A stretch of 64,000 nt of DNA from Octopus sinensis. Its lineage: Eukaryota. Numbering within the stretch: position 1 is the first letter of the stretch; each line of letters starts with the position of its first letter. A model generated the notes under the pieces. It was not told the origin of the DNA and did not search any database. It was given only the letters and a program-made list of their open reading frames with translations. The translations under genes and the position numbers were made by a program. Shown piece after piece: positions 54,348 through 64,000 of the stretch. The stretch spans positions 53,506,001 to 53,570,000 of the forward strand of contig NC_043004.1 of NCBI RefSeq assembly GCF_006345805.1. The letters run 5' to 3'.

Positions 54348-54727
54348 AGGCGCAGGAGTGGCTGTGTGGTAAGTAGCTTGTTTGCCAACCACATGGTTCC
54401 ACGTTCACCTTGGGGAAGTGTCCTCTACTAGAGCCGCGGGCCGACCAAAGCCTTGTGAGTGGATTTGGTAGACGGAAACTAAAAAATGCCCGTCGTATAC
54501 ATATATATGTGTGTGTGTGTGTTTGTGTGTCTGTGTTTGTCCTCCCAGCATCGGTTGCATGTGTTTACGTCCCCGTAACGTAGCGGTTCGGCAAAACAGA
54601 CCTATAGAATAAGTACTAAGCTTACAAAAAATAAGTCCTGGGGGTCGATTTGCTCGACTAAAGGCGGTGCTCCAGCATGGCTACAGTCAAATGACTGAAA
54701 AAGTAAAAGAGTAAAAGATTAAAGAGT
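54348..54727 (+). mobile_element. SINE family A
   Basis: Colinear with 43038-43446. Confidence 0.9.
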
Positions 54728-54926
54728 ATGGTGTTTGTATGCTTTAGTATATATATATATATTGGAGATATTTTACTATATAAGATTGCATGTAGTCCCT
54801 GTGTCACACAGCAAAATACGAACACAATGAAACACGAATAGTTCGAATGACACGCAAGGATCTTTATATTTTGCAGCTCCCTTGTATTGGTTTAGTCAAA
54901 TAACCAAAGAATAGGTTTACACACAC

Positions 54927-54993
<67 letters not shown>

Positions 54994-55205
54994 CTATACA
55001 CGTACATACATATATGTATACACGCATACATAAAAGCCCACATATGCACATACATAAAACCACACAGACAGACACACAAACGCTCACAAATACATACACA
55101 TATATACTTATATGTAGATATATACATATTTATAGATACATATTCTTGCATATTTTATATGTACACTCATATACATACGTATAAATCTATTATGCGTATA
55201 TTTCA

Positions 55206-55307
<102 letters not shown>

Positions 55308-55783
55308 GTGTGTGTGTGTGTATGTGAGCGTATATGTATATATTTATTTCAGATGAATCAAAATGATATGAACCACAGGGGATATGTATATATAATTGTC
55401 TTCTCTAAGAATTTCAGATAAAGTACAATGTGCATAGAATATTGTCGCCAATACTCTACGAACAGAAAGTAAAAGTTAAGAGTTGAAGAATCCAGTTTGT
55501 ATGGCGAAGCCTTCATTGGTGAAGTGGGAGAGCAACAGAGAAAGGGAGAGAATGAAAGAGAAATAGAGAGGATAAATGTATGAGTGACTTAGGGAGGGAA
55601 GGATGGAAGGAATCAGTAAGAGCATAATTTAGAGTGACAAAAGTTATAGATAAGCAAAGAATAAGGTGCTGCTTGCAAATATATGCTAAAACAAAAGGGA
55701 GAATGAAGTGGTGGAGGGCGAATGTAGGTGATACGAAATGGGAATTACGATGATAAATTTGCTTATGTGCGTGTGTGTGGGCA

Positions 55784-55820
<37 letters not shown>

Positions 55821-55934
55821 GGAGAGAGAGGGAGAGCGAGGTAGAGAGAGAGATGCATTATATATATATATATCCACTTGGTGAAATTAAGGATTATTTC
55901 TAAATTAATTAATTAATTTCACCCTTTATTATTG

Positions 55935-55990
<56 letters not shown>

Positions 55991-56450
55991 CTTTTACTGT
56001 GAAGGCTTTTACGCAAGCGTCGACTTTTACAATTCTGTAAATAATAATAGTATTAATAACAGAAAATTTGCGAACAAAATTTTTTGTCCTCACGTGGGCC
56101 CTTATTTTTGGGGGAAATACCGGTAGAATGGCCCCTCTTGTCTTCATGCTGGTCTCTATGCCTTTCATAATTCCAAACTAGAATACTCATCTATATAAGT
56201 CTAATTAACTTGGAAACACATGAAACACTTACAAATAGTCACACCGCAAACCCACAACATTCCATAATTATACTCTTTGCAAATACATAGGGCCCCACCT
56301 AGCACTAACAACTTCCCAAACTCAAACAATATGACAATTATTAGCCATAAGGTTGGCGAGAGGTGCTTCCATATCTAAGTAGTGAAGCCGCCCATGTGAT
56401 GATAGCTTCGAACATATTCCGTCCGTTTAATTTCGATTATTATTATTATT

Positions 56451-57005
56451 GAGTGAGAGAGCAGTTCATGCCATCAAAGTGACACTGGGGTAAAATATAC
56501 GAAGCCCAATATACCCATCATGACTACCCGTCTGTAAGTGTACATTAGGCACATGCATCACAACCATATGTGCGCGACATGGTGATCTCATAAAAAGATA
56601 AACAGGACTTGATCTTGCAGGTGGGGCCCAGTTAGAATTTTCTTCTGGTTGAGTAGCCCATCCCGCTCAAAAGGTCCCTGAATAAGGGTTGTTTAAGGAT
56701 GTTGAAAGAACCACCCATGTTTCCAGAGGTGAATTATTGAAACCCTAAAGAATCCCTCTCAACACATGGTTATGATGCTCCCCCACTGCTTCTGCTCGTG
56801 ATCAGAGATGCACATATCGTCAGCCACTAAGGGACATGCTCGACTGGTTAAAGTCAAACAACTGACAAGCAAATCTGTGGTATTGAGCAGAATATTTGCT
56901 GTAGCCCATCTTTTATACCAAGACAAAACAATGTACATGATAACACTTCCAATCAGTTAAGATCAGAAGCCATGAGAGCCACTGACTGATACTGCATCAG
57001 GGCAT
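56451..57005. mobile_element. (TAA)n-inserted ~555 bp interspersed repeat
   Basis: Second copy of 10064-10611 with identical termini and (TTA)n flanks. Confidence 0.88.
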
Positions 57006-57032
57006 TTATTGTTATTATTATTATTATTATTA

Positions 57033-57071
<39 letters not shown>

Positions 57072-57098
57072 CATCATTATTATTATTACTACTACTAC

Positions 57099-57147
<49 letters not shown>

Positions 57148-57171
57148 ATTATTATATTATTATTATTATTA

Positions 57172-57244
<73 letters not shown>

Positions 57245-57369
57245 TCACTGCCTGGGATCAAACCCAGGTTCAAATTTCCCCAAAACACCTGAACAAACCA
57301 GATGTGGACAAATATCCGTGAAATGTAAATAATGTACATAATTCCTCATCTCTTAAATATGGAACTGTA

Positions 57370-57570
57370 TTCTTTTACTTGTCTCAGTCATTTGACTGTG
57401 GTCAAGACGGAGCACCGCCTTTAGTCGAACAAATCGATCCCAAGACTTTTTCTTTTTAAGTCTAGTACTTATTCTATCGGCTTCTTTTCTCGAACCGCAA
57501 AGTTACGGAGACGTAGACACACAATCCTCGGCTGTCAAGTGATCTTGGGAGCGACAAACACAGACACGCA
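57370..57570 (-). mobile_element. SINE family A 3' part
   Basis: Diverged match to 48045-48245. Confidence 0.8.
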
Positions 57571-57629
57571 ATCATATACACACACACACATACATACATA
57601 TAAATGTACATATATATTTATACATATAT

Positions 57630-58805
57630 ATATAATTTAGAGAAAAACCTCTATTCAGCAATTCAATAGTGAAAGACGTTATTCGCAGCATATAGAAAAG
57701 AATTGAATATACTATAAAAAACATTATTCTAAAAAGCAATAAAGTAATTAAACAATAAATACTAAATAGACTACGCGCATTTCGTGTTTATAATAACTAA
57801 TAATTAAAAAAATGATTGAATTCCTACTTGACCTAAAAATTAAATGTAGACATAAATTTAATTAATATATATAATATGTTTAGCTAATTTATGTATATAT
57901 AAAAACTCTATTTTATTTTACTAATTGTTGTAGTATTAATTTGTAGTAGTATAATGTGTATAAATCAGCACGAGATTATATAGTGCATATTACATGATTA
58001 TAATACGATTAAACTAAGATGTTTATAAAACAAATAAAAAATTCATGAGAATAGATTAAATTTAGCTTAATTCATGTATATTATGTATTTTACGTATTTT
58101 AATTTTGTTATTTAGATTTAAAATTTTCCAGTGAATGGTATATTACAGGTTTTTTTTTCTTATTCTCACAGCTAAAATACAGTTTGTCATTTTAACAGCT
58201 TAAATACATGTTTCTATCTATTTATTCTATAATTTTTATTTACGCAATGATTTTACGCGATAAATTTCTTATAAACGTTAAGTTGTACGTATTACGTTTA
58301 AAATTTTAGTTAACAGAAATTCTTCGATAAGATAAGTTATGATTTTGTTTTAAGTAATATGGTTACATTTTATTCGATTATCTATTGTTAAAACACTATT
58401 TATTTGGTACTTATTATAAGTTAAGATAGTACATTCATTTTATTATTTTTATTATTATTATTTTAGACCTGATGAGTGACTATATTTTTCAAATAGAATT
58501 AATTTTCGTTCGATTTAATTTTAAATCGAATAGATTTTATTATTATTATTATCTATTTGAAAATATAGCCACGAAACGGGCGTAGTCTGTTTACTATTTA
58601 TTGTTTATGTATTTTAATGATTTTTAGAATAATATCTTTTATAGTATATTCAATTTTTTCTCTATGTTGTGAATAACGTATTTCACTATTAAGTTGATGA
58701 ATAGAGGTTTTTCTCTAAATTATATATATATATTTATATATTGTGACATTTGATTTAAAATTGCTAAATTGAATTTTCCCTGTGAGTCTGGAATTATATT
58801 TCCTA

Positions 58806-58807
<2 letters not shown>
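57630..58807 (+). mobile_element. AT-rich HHR element with inverted 5' copy
   Basis: 57630-57792 is the reverse complement of ~58565-58725. The tail 58700-58807 is homologous to 46208-46310. Confidence 0.82.
58464..58589 (+). ncRNA. Type I hammerhead with very long stem II
   Basis: UAGAC-CUGAUGA-GUGACUAUAUUUUUCAAAUAGA...UCUAUUUGAAAAUAUAGCCAC-GAAA-CGGGCG-U-A-GUCUG. Canonical core and GUA site. Confidence 0.82.
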
Positions 58808-58858
<51 letters not shown>

Positions 58859-58895
58859 TATATACATATATATACATACATATATATATATATAT

Positions 58896-58955
<60 letters not shown>

Positions 58956-58957
<2 letters not shown>

Positions 58958-59095
58958 GACGGGCTCCATCCGGTTTCCGCCAACCAAATCTAGTCACAAG
59001 GCTTTCGTCGGCCTGAGGTTATAGTAGAAGACACTTACCGAAGATGCCGCGCAGTGAGAATGAACACGGAACCATGTGGTTTGTAAGCAAGCTAC
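58956..59095 (-). mobile_element. SINE family A 5' part
   Basis: Matches 48285-48425. Confidence 0.8.
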
Positions 59096-59987
59096 TTTAT
59101 TTCATAAAATTGTCATATAGAGAGTACAAAGATTGTGTAGCTTTGCTGGCTGGACAACCACATTAATGAATGAAAATGAAATAAAATGAATAAATGAGAG
59201 ACGAAACCCAACGCCCGCCGATTGAATTTTTCTCCAAAACATATTTTCTTTTTTAAAAAACCAATATGGATTTTCAAACCTCTTACAAGAAGGAGACACT
59301 AAAGCCTCTTACTTAACACGTTTTTTTTTAAACACACAATTGAGGTTATAAACCACTACAAATAATACAATAAGATGATGTTTCAAACCCTTTAACGAGA
59401 CTTTTTCACCTCCCAATCATCGATATATTCATCATTATCTTCAATGCCGCTTGAGTACCTGTATCCCGCCATTACCCATGCCTCACTCATGTAGGACATG
59501 TATGTCGTGTAAGGGCCACCCGGCCATATGCGACACTCCTCCCCAAATCCTTTAAGCCTTTCCCACAAGGGAAACCTTATGACCTCTACAGCTATCTGCG
59601 GAGGCCATTCGGGATCCCGTGTGAAGGGCATATCTACTGTCTCTTTATGTTCTTCTACTATTTTCCCCCTCCCCGTCTTTGTAGTAAAAGATAATTAATT
59701 CATCATATTTAAGGGTTGGGGTCGTTTCTTCCACCCTGGGTGGCACAACTTTGGGACATGCAGACGGCACATCATCTCCCCCCTGAGATTACCCGTTTTT
59801 CTTTCTTTTTTTTCTTCCTGACTTCGGGAGAGTGGAGCTCTTCTGCTTTGTCCGAAGTCTCTCCCCCACCTCGCGAGCCTTAGGGTCCTTCTGCAGGCAA
59901 CTATTGTTGCCCGCCTTCTTCCTTTTTAATCCTTTTTGGGTTGAGGAGGCATTAACATAGCTAGAACCGGTAGGATTATCTGTAGGA

Positions 59988-60309
59988 GCACTCCGTCGGT
60001 TACGACGACGAGGGTCCCAGCTGATACGATCAACGGAACAGCTTGCTCGTGAAAGTAACGTGCAAGTGGCTGAGCACTCCACAGACACGAGTACCCTTAA
60101 CGTAGTTCTCAGGGAGATTCAGCGTGACACAGTGTGTGACAAGGCCGGCCCTTTGAAATACAGGTACAACTCATTTTTGCCAGCTGAATGAACTGGAGCA
60201 ACGTGAAATAAAGTGTCTTGCTCAAGAACACAACGCATCGCCGGGAATCGGACTCACGATCTTACAATCGTCAGTCGAATGCCCTAACCACTAAGTCATG
60301 CGCCTTCAC
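59988..60309 (-). mobile_element. tRNA SINE sharing the family B tail, different body
   Basis: 3' half matches 14590-14770. The middle is ttgagcaagacactttatttcacgttgctccag. Confidence 0.85.
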
Positions 60310-60654
60310 AGGAGTATCTAAGCACTGATCAAAAGCTATATCTAACGAACGTACATCAAAATCTTAAAAACATATTCTTCCTGTAGGATCTTGTTTTTTT
60401 TTTAATCCGGCGCTTCATTGTAACAGTTTCAAATAGATTAAATATGTTTTATATCGAATTAGTTCAAATTATTAGAGAAATAAATAAAAATAAGCCCTCC
60501 TTAAATTAAACTAAATCTATTTATCTAGCTAGGTCGTCCCTCAGTACGCTCCAATACTTTTCACACGTTCTCCCCACTAATCTCCCTTTTACTTCTTTTC
60601 CTATGCAGTTTGAATCCCAATTCTTCTTCCCTTCCCTCGTACGTTCTACGCATT

Positions 60655-61010
60655 ACATAATCCAAACAATTGCAACCAAATCAGAATGGATTCAGATCAA
60701 GACGGTCACCAACATCTCACGCTGTCGCACTTAAAAGACTAATAGAGGGGGTTAAAAGCCATAACAGAAAGGCTATCATTATCTATGTAGACTTTAAAAA
60801 CGCTTTTGATTCAGTACATAGAAGGAATGATGATGAAGATATTTAAAGTGTAGGATATTCCACCAAAAATTCTGAGAGGAGTTAGTAAGCTGTATGAGAA
60901 TATCAGAGCGAAAGTGATCACTCCTGATGAAGAGTCGGAATACTTTGAAGTCAAAGCCAGAGTATTAAAGTAAAACATCGAGTATTTCATTGAAAGCATT
61001 ACATTAGCAA
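60655..61010 (+). pseudogene. RTE-like LINE RT fragment
   Basis: NQNGFRSRRS...LKRLIEGVKSHNRKAIIIYVDFKNAFDSVHR; VITPDEESEYFEVKA. Confidence 0.82.
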
Positions 61011-61418
61011 TATTAATCAGTCAGTATCGCTTCGAACGTCTACTAACCACGAAAGTGGAGAGCTAACACATGGCATATTTGCATAAATTATCCATAAATT
61101 ATGCATATCTAATAATGAACCCGGCTGCGAAGTTTCATCAGTAGCGAGTCATTTTACCTTCCTAACTAAAATTAAGTTGACGTGTGTTTCTATTGAGACC
61201 ATTTTCTAATCATTAAAAAACATACATGTAATACAACCATATGCACGCTCTGACAAACATATACCCACTACACAGACACACGTATATATACACACATAAA
61301 TATATACGCACACACCACACACACACACACACACGCACACACACACACATACGCACACATGCATGCACGCACACACACATGCACACACACACACACACAC
61401 ACCACACACACACACACA

Positions 61419-61487
<69 letters not shown>

Positions 61488-62346
61488 TATATATATATAC
61501 TGCTACAGGTAAAACTGCTATTCACTAATTTCATATTTCACCAATGAGATATTGTGTTCTGTTATCTCATTCCGTATATTCGAAGAGAATATTTTGCAAT
61601 GCTATTTCTGCGCATATAAGTTTTGTTTCATTTTATTTACGATTTCATTTTATCTTCTACATACAACAAACGAATAATTCTTGTGATTCTTAGAGACGGC
61701 ATGGACATACAAAAAACGCAAAATATATTCAGAATAACACCTTTGATTAAATAAATACAAAACAACTTGCTTCCAGTTACTATTGAAATAACTGTTGTCA
61801 AAAATGTGTTGCTGCTACAAATTCACTTAGCATTTTTATCAAACCTCATTTTCAAATACTTTCAGTTAACAACTCTTTCAATACACTCCACAACCGGCCA
61901 TTTTGTTTGCAAGCTTTTTCTCTTTCCATTGCAATATTCTTGTTAGTCTTCACTTGTTTATTTTTGTAATTTTATTATACTTATTTGCGTGTATGTGAGT
62001 GTGTGCGTGTGTGAGTGGGTATGTGTTTGTGTGAGTATGAATGTATGTATGTTTAGCGATTTCTTTTCCCATAATTCCGACAATAAATACATTTCCCTCT
62101 TTTCTTCAGAGCAAGCGAGGAGGCAACGGAATAATTGTTGGACGAGTGGAAATGTAAATGCAAGTATGAGAAAATAAATTCATGAAAACTGAAAGAAGAT
62201 TGTATATTTGGCAGTTACGTTAGTGTTAAGAATAGTTAATGACGTTTTTTTTCTGTTTCATATACATACATATATTTAGACTTATACATATGCATCTCTA
62301 TATGTGTGTGTGAGTGTTTATGTGTGCACGTGCATATTTATAGTTG

Positions 62347-62413
<67 letters not shown>

Positions 62414-62434
62414 ATATATGTATATATATACAAG

Positions 62435-62491
<57 letters not shown>

Positions 62492-62849
62492 CACATGCAC
62501 ACACACACACATATATATATACACAATCATATATAAAAACATACATACACACACACGCATATGTTTGCTTCTTTGTAGATGCGCGTGCATTATTTTAAAG
62601 GGTTTATTTGGTATTCCAGTTGCATATCGTACTCTTGCATTAAATTTTCTGGGCCTCACATCTTTACCAAACAAAGTTGCGACAATAGAGAAAGCTATTT
62701 CTCGATTTTACGTACCTCGTTACTTTTTCATTTAGTTTGCTTTCGGAAACTGGAAATGATTTACATTTTTAGTATATCTACCTACGTTAACTATTTTATA
62801 TTCGAAACATATTGTGTTTGCACATTAACAGAGGAAAGTTTAATCAAAC

Positions 62850-63340
62850 AAAAGTCCTCGAGTTTACGCTTATTTTCCTTGTATCTTCAAGGAAAAATTT
62901 GATATTTTTCTTGCTCTTCATTTTTGGATTTCTATCTCTGTTGTTCATTGTATGGGGCTGATGCAAATTCATTCGTTAGAAAAAATGCAAGACTTTCAGT
63001 GTATAGACTGAAAGTATTCCTATAACAACATCTGTTAAGCTCATGCTCAGTAGTAGAATCTAACGCAACGCAACATTCAAATGGACAATTTCTTAAATTC
63101 TGACATAAAAAAATGATACTCATGTTTTGCGAATATTTCAGTCCTATGTGTTCAAACAAAACAAAGAAGAAATCAATATCTATTTTCTTTTACGACATTA
63201 TTGAATTATTCCAGATTCTAAAATTTTCGCTCCTCTCAGATTTTGGGAAATCTGTTTTATAACTAGATCAGGAAATATTTTTGCTTGCTGCAGCCAAAGA
63301 ATACCCAGGACAGTTTATATTATTACCTTTACACTGTTTT
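62850..63340 (-). pseudogene. Possible hAT (Buster/Charlie-like) transposase remnant
   Basis: CVALDSTT (ALDESTD-like), preceded by MS..LCQNL. Heavily decayed. Confidence 0.3.
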
Positions 63341-63721
63341 ATGTAGAAAATATAGTTTTGTTTGTTAAGCAATCCATTGTTGTTGGTGTTGTAGTTTGTG
63401 TCAGTGTTGACATGTTGGACATATTATCAAAGTTACTCTCGTCGTAATAATTACACTTCTTCAATACAAACTCAGCGACTAGATTTATATTCTCCTACAT
63501 ATTATTCCTACATTCTTTTCAGACTCTAATCCATCGATTGTAACATATATATGGTCAGTTTACGTTTGAGTATATCTCTGTCTCAGAAAGATTTGGTCCG
63601 TAATTCTTCTCAATGTTGCCTTGTATGTACTCTTTCTTCTTCTTGCTATGTTTGTAATCAGAAGTGGGTGATATCTTTTATCGTATTGTTTAATGCCTTG
63701 TTGTCAAAATTATATAGCCAT

Positions 63722-64000
63722 CTTTTTCTTGCGCCCTTTTCAAACCTAGCCAGGCTCATGGGCCCGGTTTTCCGGTTTCTGTGGCGTATGTGATCCCCCC
63801 ACTGGACGGGACGCCAATCCATCACAGCGTTACTCAACAAACAGGAAGGAAGAGTGAGAGAAACTTGGGGCGAAAAAGTACAACAGGGGTTGCCACCCTC
63901 ACCTCACTGCTAGAGCCTCGTGGAGCTTTAGGTGTATTCGCTCAGTAAACACACACATAACGTCCAGTCAGGGAATCGAAACCGCGATCCTCCGAACGCG
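63722..64000 (-). mobile_element. SINE with family B head/body and a V-domain-like tail (runs off window end)
   Basis: 63840-64000 matches the reverse complement of 14430-14590. It continues as gatggattggcgtcccgtccag...catgagcctggctagg. Confidence 0.8.

Noticed and set aside
59100-59985. GC-richer block with 79- and 99-aa ORFs
   Set aside because: No recognisable domain. Probably an unclassified repeat, and one ORF starts inside a SINE.
60924-60950. CUGAUGA motif
   Set aside because: Lies inside RTE RT coding sequence (PDEE) and has no downstream GAAA/stem arrangement.

Overview
AT-rich, microsatellite-saturated animal intergenic/intronic DNA. The SINE families and repeat load suggest an octopus genome (inference). 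No confident host gene is present, and almost all listed ORFs are simple-repeat artefacts. The one substantial coding region is a 5'-truncated Penelope-like retroelement (PLE; RT + GIY-YIG, Neptune-like, minus strand, 35620-39173) with a single frameshift and a minimal hammerhead ribozyme (HHR) in its 3' end. There are also tRNA-derived SINEs, R4/Dong-like and RTE-like LINE fragments, and Tc1/mariner and probable hAT/Helitron remnants. The main unexplained signal is a set of sequence-divergent, non-coding elements of about 0.1-1.5 kb sitting in (TA)n/(CA)n tracts. Most are built as an inverted partial copy plus a direct or tandem copy, and most carry a minimal type I hammerhead (CUGANGA...GAAA, palindromic stem III, NUH site). 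I read about 14 intact or degenerate HHR motifs by eye. Two loci are tandem arrays of ~557 bp and ~497 bp with one HHR per unit. Together these look like a diverse retrozyme-like system of non-autonomous, self-cleaving elements probably mobilised by PLEs. All structures were read manually and none were computed.
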